A stretch of DNA of 64,000 nt from Tubulanus polymorphus (taxonomy: Eukaryota > Animalia > Nemertea). Made by a program: the position numbers and the translations under genes. The stretch is taken from NCBI RefSeq assembly GCF_964204645.1, contig NC_134036.1, positions 8,222,812 through 8,286,811 on the forward strand, given 5' to 3'. Below, piece after piece: positions 26,101 through 37,276 of the stretch; position 1 is the stretch's first letter, and each line of letters starts with the position of its first letter. The notes below the pieces were generated by a model. It ran no database searches. It was not told the origin of the DNA and saw nothing but the letters and a program-made list of their open reading frames with translations.

Positions 26101-29100
26101 CGCCAGTATGCGCGCCATGATTGATGATTGCTATTTCCACCGGTGTTATCTTTAAGTAACTTCAAGTTTAAAATAGGAAGCACAGCACACCCATAGAAAC
26201 TACGCGCAGCAAGAGACTGTTATATTATTACCAGAGTTTAACATTTCGTTTCAAAGTTTTTAGTAGTCAAATCTAAAAGAAGATGATTTTTATGTGACGA
26301 AACTCAGTGGAAAATATGTTTAAATAATAATCAGCAGGAATCCAATAGTTTTTCTGCCGAGGCAGCAGAAACCCTGATAATAATAATAATAATGATAATA
26401 ATAATGATAATCAGCAGAATTACTATAGGGTTTCTGCGAAAGCAGCAGAAACCCTGATAAGTAAATCGCACTTGGGGTTTAAGTGCAACAGAAATAATAT
26501 GTTTAAATCTGTTCAACGATGCTGCGGCACACTGTGGTACATGCCCCATAATGGCGCCTGGTGAAACTGAAAACATACCCAACTGCCGAAGATAATATTA
26601 TGCGCTCTGATTCAGGAAGCCAAAAACTAGAATCGAATAGATTTACTAAACTAGATATTTTTACACATATTCGCAACACAGTTAGGTTTGAAAGAGGAAG
26701 TTTATTCCGTTTTTGTTTGTCTGCTTTTACTATGAAAGTTACCATTTTACGATCACATTCCGACGAGAGCGCGCGTCCAGCAGTGTAAGAGAACGATGTA
26801 TTCAAATTGAATCAAATTGAACCGAACGAATTGGCATTTCTGTTTGTTTTTACCGTTTTACCTCGTATCTATTGGATTGTTTGAAAACACGAACTCGACA
26901 GGCTCTCGTGCCCGCGCGCGGGTGGCGGGAAACCCGGGGTACTTGTAAATAGACATTCCGGAACATTGCGGAACATATTTAGCAACTTACTTCTTATTCT
27001 TATTTATGCAGAAGACTTATATTACGAATTGGACAATAAACTTTCTCAGTTCATCGTTCTAAAGCCGTATAGACCGTAGGGAGACTATTGTCTACTAGTT
27101 AACTGGATACTCATTTACCGACTTAGGAAGTGAACTCGTATTCGAATCCGATGGCCACCGAAGTCTTACTAGTGCTAGTTTTGGTTTTAGTCGTATATTT
27201 TGGTTCAATCCGCGTAAAAGGTACGTTCAGTTGTAATACATAAAATGTGTGTTGTTCATTTTGTTTCTTTGATTTTTTGATGGGTTTCGTCAATAGAGGA
27301 ACCCATCAAAACTATTTTTAAGTAATTAAAGATGGTTAAAAGTGTCATCAATTGAACTCATTTTATGCCCTTACGTTAGCAATCGCCCGATTATCAGTGT
27401 TTAGTTTGCAACACTGATGATTTTGATATTGTTTATACTTAGTATTACGCTTAGGCCTGAATTGCTTTACATTAAAAGATGTATCATATCATAAAACAAT
27501 TGAAAGCCACATTCAGTTGATGAACTTGATTTCAACAGTCACCGGCCGGCCTGGTTTAATATGCACTGCCCTAAAATTAGAAAAACTTATGTATAGAAGC
27601 TTCTGATATAGTTACTGTCCCGAATCGCAGTTCATGCTGAAGTTGTATTATGTCATTGTCTCACGGGATCAAAATTGTCAAGTCCAAAATTCCCATTATT
27701 AATGTTGCGTAACTGTCTAATTTCCGCTGGTGAATATTGTTTTCCTGTTCCACTTGGTCAATCGTTAGACTAGCTATAGGCCCTCATGGTACAGCTAGCA
27801 GTTGGCCGTGAGGAGCAGTCTGTGAACAGCTTCAAAACACTGTGTGTTGAATCATGGATGTGAAGCTTGTACCCCATGTACTGCATGGCCAAATCTACTT
27901 GGCCTATGTCGTGGGTTCTTGGCGATTGTGCCGAGAGCAGACTGTGTCGAGTGGTCATGGTAAGTATAAATACTGACGTTTTACCTTGAAAGTATGGATA
28001 GAAAATGCACCGCATCAACGCAGATTCACTTTTCAAGTTCAAAGTCAATACCGAAACCCATCATGGAAAGTTTCTTTCTGGTTAAATGATTAAACCACAA
28101 AAATGAAGGATCAGGTTTTAGTTTTTTTTTAATCGCCAACGAAAGAGTCTTAAAGAACGCTATGATTTTTGATAGAAAAACAAGTGCTCCAGTGATCAGT
28201 GGAACGTTAAGTTGCGAAATTGAGGTAATTAAGATTTGAGGATTGTGTTGAAGTTATTGAGAATGGAAAGGTCTTTGTATTATTGAATAACTGATCGTAA
28301 TTATACTGAATCGTTGAAGTTATTGAGAATGAGAGGGTCGCTATTAGTAACTAGTTATCATTTTGCTAAATCGTTGAAATTATTGAGTTTAGAATGAAAA
28401 TGTCGTCATAAGTAGCTTATCGTGAGTTTTACTGAATCGCTGAATTCATCGAAAATGAAAAGGCCTCTTCATTTTGTGCAATCTTTATTTTATCGAAATA
28501 TTTGAAAGAAGTTCATACATGATACGAGGTGCGTACCGTGAATTGTATTTATCGGGTTATCCCAATTTTTTGCCATTTTCATGAATTCAACGTCGCCCAA
28601 GTGTGCTTTCGTGTGCTTTTCAGAACCGACACTTTCATTCTTAATTGCGTGCGCACGTCTTCACAAACAACATTACGAAACCGGCTTTCAAAGTGGATTT
28701 TATTAAAGTATTTTATCAATGGTGTTATTAAGTGACCAGGTCGGATAAATCATGCCGAAAATTTCCCAAGTATGAAAAATGGCTAATCCAGCCTGCCGTG
28801 GGTAAATAAAACTGGATTTGAGTTCGTATTAATCATTTATCGTGAATGAAATTCTTGTGGAAATTAAACGGAGAGACGGCAAAGAAAATTCATTTATCTA
28901 TTGGTGTATCAGTTTTCCGTGGCGCATTCCATTTTAGGAAACACTTTGGTTTACCACGCGTTCTCACGCTCAGGGCCACGGAAGGAATTCAATGTTTAGC
29001 TGTACTTTCGACTGTTGGTCGGGCCATTTTACATAGAACGCCGACGCCCACTCCAACTCAGAGACTATTCGCTTATAGTTCCATGGTATTTGGTACGGCA

Positions 29101-29219
29101 ATATGGCCATATATCACTTGAAAACATTAACCAAATTGAGGTGTGCGTTCAAAAAGATTGAGAGAAATATCTTAAAACAAACTCGACCCCAGACAAATAA
29201 AATGAATAGACTTAGATAG

Positions 29220-29325
29220 ATAGGGAGGAACGCGACAGAGTCAGGCGATGCCATCAGGTTCAAATACCTGCGAGGGAGGAACGTGGCAGAGTGTCGCGAT
29301 GCCATCAGGTTCGAATCCCTGCAAA
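29220..29325 (+). repeat. Tandem duplicate of a SINE box-B core
   Basis: GGGAGGAACG...GCGATGCCATCAGGTTC(A/G)AAT occurs twice; matches ~16911-16946. Confidence 0.5.
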
Positions 29326-29838
29326 GAAGGATCTTCACTCGAACGATATACGATATTTTCCGACAATACAAAAGAAAAAAACAGTCCAAAAGTCTTCCCA
29401 CGAGCTAATATTTGATTCAGCATTGATTTGATATATATTTATATCGTATAAATTCGATGTATTAATTCGATTCCGAACTGGGCTCAAGTCCGATATACGT
29501 CGAAATAGAGCGTTATGCTTAAAGTCAACTGAGTAAATCGGCTGTTTATCTGTAATTGTGGTCGGCAGGTAGACACTATATGCAATACGTCGTGAACTGT
29601 CGATGTGAGCATTCCTTTACTTTTGCACTGTATAGTGTATCCAGGAAGAAAGACACTAAATATTTGGATGGATATATGAAAGCTGTGGGTACTGGAGTGT
29701 GTAATGGGTAGTGTAGTGTGACCTGTGTGCATTTGTGGCCAACACCAAACATTGTTCATTGGGGTTTGGTCCAGGACTCACGAGATTTTCAACAACACGG
29801 AAGTAACGTGTAATAAATGATGACTTGAATTGCGTGAC

Positions 29839-30258
29839 TACCTACCACCCCTCACTATTGTTGGAAAACTAAATGTTCCGCACTGACTAAAAATTAGTAA
29901 TAACATTTTAGAAATGGCCAGAATTTTAACTTAGGTTCTATCTCATTTTTATTTTACAATTGCGATTGGTATAATTTTTTTTTTAAACGGCCGTTAAGGC
30001 TTCATGTTTCGTCTGCAATTCACTGCAAATAGTTACGCAACTACGCACATTTCAGTGTTTTTGGCAGCTGTACACTCAATGGACACCGTTCGTGACTAGC
30101 TTCACTGCGGAATTATCATTAATTAACATGGCCATATCACATCATCAACTTATATTGTGCATTAAAACACTAACAGCCGAAATAATTGAAATGCACACAC
30201 GATTTCTATCATTGAAAATTGAGAGAGTGACCATGTTTGTGTTCTGCTGCTTCGCGTA
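29839..30258 (+). repeat. Left part of the host repeat interrupted by the Polinton (continues at 47441-47490)
   Basis: High identity to 20536-20954. Confidence 0.88.
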
Positions 30259-30348
30259 AGTAATTAGAAAAGTGGGGTTTCATACCAGAGGGCGAGAGGG
30301 CGAGACACCACTCATCACCACAAGTAATTTTTTTTCCTAATAAATGGG
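30259..30348 (+). repeat. Left TIR (contains promoter motif and ATG of ORF 30344)
   Basis: AGTAATTAGAAAAGTGGGG...GTAATTTTTTTTCCTAATAAATGGG; reverse complement of 47351-47440. Confidence 0.95.
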
Positions 30349-30670
30349 AGATAGAAAAGCATTCTTAGCAACAATAAATAACAGAATAAAACCAGCAAAA
30401 AAACAATTTGAAATAAAAAAGTTAGTTGATGTTACAAAAGAAATTGAACATAAGATATTGAAATTAGAAAAGATAAAAACTAAATATGGAGAGAAAGTAT
30501 CAGCTAATTTAAGCTACTGTAATGTTAGTACATCACGAGAATTTAAAGTGTTTTTACCCGATAAATGGGTTTCATTGAGTATGGAGGAATTGAAAGATTT
30601 AATAGGATTTAAAATAATATATCATGGGAAAAATGAAGACGGTCATCATGATTTAGAAATTGTTGATTAA
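30344..30670 (+). CDS. Polinton hypothetical protein (108 aa; possibly OB-fold ssDNA-binding)
   Basis: ATAAATG start; a diverged homolog at 21421-21762 supports coding status. The fold is a guess from the beta-rich TKYG pattern. Confidence 0.75.
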   Translation: MGDRKAFLATINNRIKPAKKQFEIKKLVDVTKEIEHKILKLEKIKTKYGEKVSANLSYCNVSTSREFKVFLPDKWVSLSMEELKDLIGFKIIYHGKNEDGHHDLEIVD

Positions 30671-31675
30671 ATAAAAAATAAAAATAATGAATATCTAGAA
30701 TCCAAAATGACCTTAGTCGTTTTATAAACAACTACAATCATACAGTACATCTGTTACATGTTATTATAAGAGAGTGCTTCATTTGAATATTGATCAATCA
30801 AACAGGTGTTGCACAACGTTGTTGTTATATAATAAGCACGTAGTACATACAACACACACAAACCAGTTAGCTGGTATTGAATTACTGCGTTTTCATTGGT
30901 TTCTGAAAACGAGGTTTATTTAAATTAGCTCGGCCGTGACGATAGGAGGATAGTCATCATTCTCTCGTGATTAAAAGGAATATTTCAATGTTTTTACGGT
31001 AAGTTTTAGCAAAACCACCCGACTTGACTCACAGAGTTTTTAGGGGATAAGCATCCCGTTATTGAGAGGCGCCACGAGATACCTATCCCCAAGCATTTCT
31101 ACTTACACCCCTGTGACCCACACCTCACCAATTCTCCTTCAATGGTTGACAGGAAACACATTATATTAAAGGCGCCTAATGCATTTCCTATCAACCCCTT
31201 ACCCCCGAAAGGAGGATCGAAAGTCGAAACTGAAGGAGAACCACGGAGGGTGGACAAAGGTGCATTTTCGAAATGCCCCTGCAAGCCAAGCCCGGCGGCA
31301 CTCCAGTGGTTGAATGAATTGCCTTATATACTTAGCTAAAACACCTAAGTAAATGTTGTTGGTGCTAAAAAAATATGTGAAATTTGAAATTATAAATTAT
31401 TCCGAATGAAAAGAATGTAAGAATGAAAACTGAAAAATGAATTATGTATTTTCAACTTAATTATGATATAATTTTTAATCAAATTAGTAATCAATTACTA
31501 TGTTAATTGATTAACAAATTCAAATTCAAATATTCAAATAAAAACAAAATAAATTAATAAATATAATGAATATCTAGAATCCGAAATGACTTATCTGGAC
31601 AATTTAATTGCTCCGCATAGATAGACAAAAGTAGTGAGATATTCAATTATTTTTTTTTGCTTTTTTTCTAAAATA

Positions 31676-32044
31676 TTAATCCATTTTTTTTATTATCAAT
31701 TTTGGAATTTCAGAAGTATTTTCATTTTTGATAGCAGTTGTTTCAGAATTACTAATATCATGAATTTTATTTGATTTCTTATACCAATTACACCCAATCA
31801 AAATGAATACAATTACAAATCCAACTGTAAAATATAAATATTTATCAAATATTCTATTATCAGAAGGAGTAGAAATAACAATATTTTCACCATTTTTATT
31901 AACATTTCTATTACTTATTTTTTCTTTTACAGCTTTTTTATATTCTTGTGATTTAATTCCTAATTGCCGAGACCATTCAATTTGTTTCTGAGTTCTCGGT
32001 TTTTTCTTCACAGTTAATTCCTTCACTTTTTTCACTTCGCTCAT
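31676..32044 (-). CDS. Polinton hypothetical protein with basic N-terminus and one TM helix
   Basis: ATAAATG start; hydrophobic YLYFTVGFVIVFILIGC. Confidence 0.7.
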   Translation of the reverse strand: MSEVKKVKELTVKKKPRTQKQIEWSRQLGIKSQEYKKAVKEKISNRNVNKNGENIVISTPSDNRIFDKYLYFTVGFVIVFILIGCNWYKKSNKIHDISNSETTAIKNENTSEIPKLIIKKMD

Positions 32045-32582
32045 TTATTATAGAAATATTTTTACTTTCAATATTTGAAAATGTTATAACTCCAGTTGAT
32101 AATAATGTCATAAATCCACCTAATTGAAATGATAAATATCCAATCCATTTATTTAATTCAGTCATAACTAAATAATCATTTTTTAAATCGAAATATAATC
32201 TATTTTCATCTTCAATTGGTAGTATATAATTACATAATTTACTATAACCTTTTACTACATTTTCTGATATCGCGTCATTAATTCTAGCTGTTCTCGCGGC
32301 TTCATAAATCTTAAATAATCTAATAATTTCATCTGATTTCATTGTGTCTAATTCATTATAAGTTAAATTTTTACTGACAAAATTTTTACATTTTCCAGAT
32401 GCTATTAATATTTCTAATTGATGTTTACAATAAAGATAATATTCATAATTATTATTTGTTGTAACATTATTTAAAGCACCATCATCTGGAATTAATTTTG
32501 TTTCTGTTATTCCTAAATCATCTAAAGTTTTTTCAATTGGAACATCACCATTTTTAGATTTTATTTTCTTTTCACCTACCAT
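31977..32582 (-). CDS. Polinton hypothetical protein (201 aa)
   Basis: TAATTTTTTT-N6-TAAATG start motif; long ORF in AT-rich DNA. Confidence 0.75.
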   Translation of the reverse strand: MVGEKKIKSKNGDVPIEKTLDDLGITETKLIPDDGALNNVTTNNNYEYYLYCKHQLEILIASGKCKNFVSKNLTYNELDTMKSDEIIRLFKIYEAARTARINDAISENVVKGYSKLCNYILPIEDENRLYFDLKNDYLVMTELNKWIGYLSFQLGGFMTLLSTGVITFSNIESKNISIINERSEKSEGINCEEKTENSETN

Positions 32583-32615
32583 TTATATAACAAAAAAATT
32601 AATTGTGTGATGTTG

Positions 32616-32770
32616 CAACTAGAATTTAACTAGAATGTAACTAGAATTCAACTAGATTAACAAGCTAGTTGAAATATTGTTAAATCTAGTTGATTTTTGT
32701 TTCAACTACTAACAACTAGAATTCAACTAGAATGTAACTAGAATTCAATTAGATTAACAAGCTAGTTGAA
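32616..32770. repeat. Intergenic array of direct and inverted CAACTAG(AAT) units
   Basis: Repeated (C/T)AACTAGAAT ~11-mers plus inverted CTAGTTG, arranged as two blocks. Confidence 0.85.
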
Positions 32771-32771
32771 T

Positions 32772-33380
32772 TTAAATAAATTCATATTTAAATGGGTGTT
32801 GTAATCTAAATAGTAATTTTGATCTTTTAATATTTTTCAACTTATCCATATATTCATTATGTAAATCATGTGGAATAATATCATTTTCCTCAAGTGCATT
32901 TTTCATTGATTTTCTATCTGCATTGTTGAATAAAACTAGAAATCTAATGTTTTCTCTAAAGTCTTTAACAATTGAATTATATTTTTGATTTAAAACCCAA
33001 GTTGTTATCCCAAAATGTCTCCCAGAGAAAGCTAAATAACATAACTCACTTTCTCTAACTTTTGAATCATGTAAATTTGCACAATCATCTATGATAAATA
33101 ATGTATTTGATCCTTTATAAATATCAATTGCTATTTTTATACAATTATCTAAATTTTCTTTTACTGTTTTAGGATCTAATATAATAAATTTATTATTTCT
33201 AGTAATATTTCTATCATAAGTTTGATTAAATTCATATGTTGGACAAAATAATACTATATTATCAAAATAGTTTTTGTAAACAGTTTCTAATAAATTTAAT
33301 ATAAAATAAGTTTTTCCACAATTTGTTACACCAGAAATTAACATATTATGAGGCTCAAATATGAATAATTCCTTATTCAT
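32772..33380 (-). CDS. A32/FtsK-HerA-like genome packaging ATPase
   Basis: Walker A GVTNCGKT, Walker B LFIIDD, SGRH motif, LNQ. Confidence 0.9.
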   Translation of the reverse strand: MNKELFIFEPHNMLISGVTNCGKTYFILNLLETVYKNYFDNIVLFCPTYEFNQTYDRNITRNNKFIILDPKTVKENLDNCIKIAIDIYKGSNTLFIIDDCANLHDSKVRESELCYLAFSGRHFGITTWVLNQKYNSIVKDFRENIRFLVLFNNADRKSMKNALEENDIIPHDLHNEYMDKLKNIKRSKLLFRLQHPFKYEFI

Positions 33381-34508
33381 TTATATATTTTTAATTTTAC
33401 TTGATAATATCCATTCATTGAATTTATCTGGCCATCCAACCCATTTTACTAAAGAATATTTTTTTCTTTTAATAGTTTTTGTTTTTAATACTTTTTCAAT
33501 TTTATATTCTTGTTCTAGATTTTCAGTAGTTAAACTTAATTCTTCTTCATAAAAGTAACCATCAACTTCTTCACCATCTAAATCTTCTAATTAATAGACA
33601 TATGGTTTTGTTGTTATTACCTTTTTTATTTTATATATTTCTCTAGTAAAATTTCGATCGTATCCTTTGTCAAATATCTTTTTATACTTAGAAATTCTAA
33701 CATTTTGACCAACTTTAAATTTAGGTTCACCAAAATCATCTATAAGAAATGCTCCATATAAATTATTCCAAACAATTTCAGCATTTTCAGATTTTCTAGC
33801 ATCAATAGGTTTCATTCCAATAGAAGAATGATAAGAATTATTATATCCTTCTATCAATTTTGGTAAAACATCAATCCATTTAAAAGTATTATTTGCTGTA
33901 AAATATTTCCACATTCTTGTTCTTAATGTTCTATTAAATCGTTCAACAACTGCTGCTTTTTTATCTGATTTTGTTGAAAAATATTTAATATTATGATTAT
34001 CTAAGAGTTCATGAACAAGTGAATTATCAAATTCTTTTCCATCATCAAATTGTATTTTTTCTGGTTTTAGTTTATCATCCGAAAGAAATTTTCTTAAAAC
34101 ATGTGATGTTTGTGCAGCATCTTTTCTATAAAGTGGGAAGCTCCATACATAACGACTAAAAATATCAATTATATTCAATAACCACCAATAATCATCATTA
34201 TCTTTCTTAACATTTTTCATATCAATTAAATCTCCTTGCCACTGTTGATCTACATAACTTACCATAGTTTTACGAGTTTTATATTTTCTAACAATTTTTT
34301 TATGTGTTGTATATGTTGGTTGTTCTAACATAAATTCATTTATATCTTTATATTTAACTAAATTTTGTGGGATTATCTTATCTAATTTATCTTGTTTTAC
34401 TTTACGCCATATATTTTTAGTAGAAGAATAAGCAACCGAACTCTCAGGGTTGTAATATAAATTTCTTAAATATTGTTCTTTAGTATTAGGAGTTTTTTTA
34501 CCACTCAT
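33381..34508 (-). pseudogene. rve (retroviral-like) integrase with C-terminal chromodomain, interrupted by in-frame TAA at 33591-33593
   Basis: WQGDLID, IDIFSRY, QFDDGKEF, VVERFNRTLR. After the stop the frame continues LEDLDGEEVDGYFYEEEL...YKIEKVL...LVKWVGWPDKFNEWI to TAA at 33381. Confidence 0.9.
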
Positions 34509-34538
34509 TTATATATCCTTAATTTTAACTTTATATTT

Positions 34539-35786
34539 CTAATATTGAATACTATCTAATTGTGAATTTACAATATTTAATTGCGCGTCAGATATAATAT
34601 AAATGTGCATTTTAAAATTTTTGATTCCTTTTTTCTTTGTTATGAATAATTGTATTCCATCTTTTGTATTTTGTAGTTTTTTCCCAGAACCATGTAATGA
34701 ATTATCTTCAGTTGTTCTAAAATCTAACCATAATGCATATTTATTACCGGTATAATAATCAATTTGATTAATGTTACAATTTTCAAATGATTTTACTTTT
34801 TCATTCATAAAATGTTTTTTAATTTCTACCCATTGATCTATCATTCTCATTCCTTGACAAAATATTTTATTTGCTATTCCTTCGATAGTTATTTCTACTT
34901 TTGTTATTTCAGGATTATAATAATTGTCAACATTTATTGCACCATTAGTATATGTTCCAATGGTAAAAAATATTAATATACCTTTAATAGATCTTCTTGG
35001 GAAGTTAATATTCTCATTAATTATTTCATCATTTGCATTAATAGTTACAGTTTTAAATTTATCAATATAATCATATAATAATGAAAACCCTTGATTGTAT
35101 TGAGTTTGAATTATACTTGAAATATTTTCATCAGTTACTGTATCATATTCTAAACATATATTCGATAATTTATAACTCATATCTTTATTAACGCTAGATA
35201 ATACAATTTCATTTACAGGAGCAAATGTTATCTCAAATATAATATCTTCTTGAATTGCGTATTTATATAAAGGTGCATTATTATTTATCAATTCAAAGTC
35301 TAATGGAATTTTATATTTGCTTCCATATATACTTTTTATCAATCTATCTACATCATTTGTTAATATTGCGCTATTAGCTTCTGATCTTAATTTATTTTGG
35401 TTTTCTGATTGAATTCCTTGAAATATCATATTATTTCTATTTTCTTTAGTTAACCATAAATCTTTATAATGCATAAATAAATTATAATCATCTAATGAGA
35501 AAACTGTTTCTGGACCAATCTTTATTGTTAACTTTTTAATCAAATATCTCCCAACATTATCAACAACATAATTATTATTATTACCGATTACTTTTATATC
35601 AGCTGATAAATAAATACTATTTGGAACATAAAAAGTATTTTGTGTTAATCTAGGAATTCTAACGTATAAAGTTTCATCGGGATTAATATTTGAAGGGTTG
35701 TGAGTAATTATATGATGTGATCTTTCTGCTTTAATAGCATTAGATATTCTAGAAATCTTAGAAGGACTTATATAACTCCCACTCAT
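34539..35786 (-). CDS. Putative double jelly-roll major capsid protein
   Basis: 415 aa, beta-strand-rich pattern typical of Polinton/PLV MCP (YKIPLDF, LSNICLEYD, YALWLDFR); context within the element. Confidence 0.7.
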   Translation of the reverse strand: MSGSYISPSKISRISNAIKAERSHHIITHNPSNINPDETLYVRIPRLTQNTFYVPNSIYLSADIKVIGNNNNYVVDNVGRYLIKKLTIKIGPETVFSLDDYNLFMHYKDLWLTKENRNNMIFQGIQSENQNKLRSEANSAILTNDVDRLIKSIYGSKYKIPLDFELINNNAPLYKYAIQEDIIFEITFAPVNEIVLSSVNKDMSYKLSNICLEYDTVTDENISSIIQTQYNQGFSLLYDYIDKFKTVTINANDEIINENINFPRRSIKGILIFFTIGTYTNGAINVDNYYNPEITKVEITIEGIANKIFCQGMRMIDQWVEIKKHFMNEKVKSFENCNINQIDYYTGNKYALWLDFRTTEDNSLHGSGKKLQNTKDGIQLFITKKKGIKNFKMHIYIISDAQLNIVNSQLDSIQY

Positions 35787-35823
35787 TTATTTAACAAAAA
35801 AATTAATTATTTATTTTTTGATA

Positions 35824-37260
35824 TCATGGTTCACTTGATATTTTTGATATCATATTTACTAAACCAAAAATAATAGCACTTACAACTGTAATTAAAAATA
35901 AAATAATATGTTCAGCAGCAAAGTTAATAATGTTTCCTGCAGATTTCAATATAAAACCAACAATTGAAGCAATAACTCCTGGTAAAGCTGCAGCAGATTT
36001 CTTTGATAGTTCCCATAAATATTTTGCTAATTTCTTTAAACCATCCTTTACTTTATCTTGTATAGAATTATTACCTGGAGGTTTATCTGGTTTATTGGGA
36101 GTAGGAGTAGATTTTAATGAATTTGAAATAGCTAAACCAATTGTTGTAAATAACATAGTTACAGCTGTTACAATTGAAAGAATTGTTATACCTTCTAATT
36201 TAAATAATAATCTTATTCTGTCTTTTAATGATATTTCAGAATCTGGTTTTATCAACAAATCTTTAAAAATAACTTTTAATCTATTAATATTATAATCATA
36301 TGATTTTAACAATAATTTAATTTCTTCTTTCTGTACTTCTAAATTATCTTTTAAATTACTAATTTCTTTTTCTAAACGTAATTCTTTTTGCCTATATTCT
36401 ATTTCATCAATTACTTGATGATCTAAATCAGACTTTAATTGTTCTATTTCTTTATTTTTATCAGTTAATTCTTTTTCCAAATACGTAATTTTTTGATCTC
36501 TTATACTTTTATTATATGCAATTTTATCAGATGCTAGTTTTATACTAATAATTTCTCTAATTGCTTTATCAGAAAATATATCTAAATCTTCTAATTCTTG
36601 ATATGTTGCATCAAGTAATCCATTTGGTAAAAGTTTTTCAGTTTGAACTTCTCTTGAATTAGGTTTACTAGTTTTGGAATTAATAACTTCTTTAGGAATT
36701 TTTTTTTGTCTTAAATTTGCATTAATTATATCAAAAAATTTAGCATTTCTTTGTTTAAATTCTTTTAAATTATAATCTCTTTCTTCTTGTGTAACATCGG
36801 TTATAACATCATCAATGATTTTCTTAATTCTATCTGGTTTAAATAAATTAAAAGTTGATTTTGTTATTATTTTATCACCACTTTTAAGATTTAAAATCTT
36901 AAAATAATAGTCGCCTTTCAATTTCCAATAATAATCACCATTTAAATATTTTAAATCTTTTACTAAATAATTCATACCTTTATTTGTTATATTGAAACCA
37001 GATCTTTTTAATATTGGTTTAAATTCATGAATAATTTCATTATAATTGTATTCTTTTTCTGTTATTTCTGGTACTTCATTTTCAATACTTATCTTTGAAC
37101 GTGCTTTGTCAATATATTGAGGTGTAGTTAAATTAGAATTATATGCTGTTTCATTACCATCATTAAAACTTGTTTCATCAAAATCAGGTGGTTGTTCATC
37201 AGTTATACCAGGTTCATCAAAAGGATCCATTCCAATATCTTCTACACCTTCTACATCCAT
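35824..37260 (-). CDS. Coiled-coil protein with C-terminal hydrophobic/amphipathic helices (putative membrane protein)
   Basis: Acidic N-terminus, heptad region, TM-like ITILSIVTAVTMLFTTIGLAI, Pro linker, amphipathic and hydrophobic C-terminus. Confidence 0.8.
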   Translation of the reverse strand: MDVEGVEDIGMDPFDEPGITDEQPPDFDETSFNDGNETAYNSNLTTPQYIDKARSKISIENEVPEITEKEYNYNEIIHEFKPILKRSGFNITNKGMNYLVKDLKYLNGDYYWKLKGDYYFKILNLKSGDKIITKSTFNLFKPDRIKKIIDDVITDVTQEERDYNLKEFKQRNAKFFDIINANLRQKKIPKEVINSKTSKPNSREVQTEKLLPNGLLDATYQELEDLDIFSDKAIREIISIKLASDKIAYNKSIRDQKITYLEKELTDKNKEIEQLKSDLDHQVIDEIEYRQKELRLEKEISNLKDNLEVQKEEIKLLLKSYDYNINRLKVIFKDLLIKPDSEISLKDRIRLLFKLEGITILSIVTAVTMLFTTIGLAISNSLKSTPTPNKPDKPPGNNSIQDKVKDGLKKLAKYLWELSKKSAAALPGVIASIVGFILKSAGNIINFAAEHIILFLITVVSAIIFGLVNMISKISSEP

Positions 37261-37276
37261 TTATATAATAAAAAAA

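Noticed and set aside
22300-29200. Many 60-100 aa ORFs
   Set aside because: No recognisable motifs or consistent exon chain; likely non-coding or highly decayed repeats.
35930-36295. Antisense ORFs inside Polinton and BEL genes (also 8530-8985, 38764-38970, 44591-44776)
   Set aside because: Shadows of real genes on the opposite strand; no motifs or start signal.
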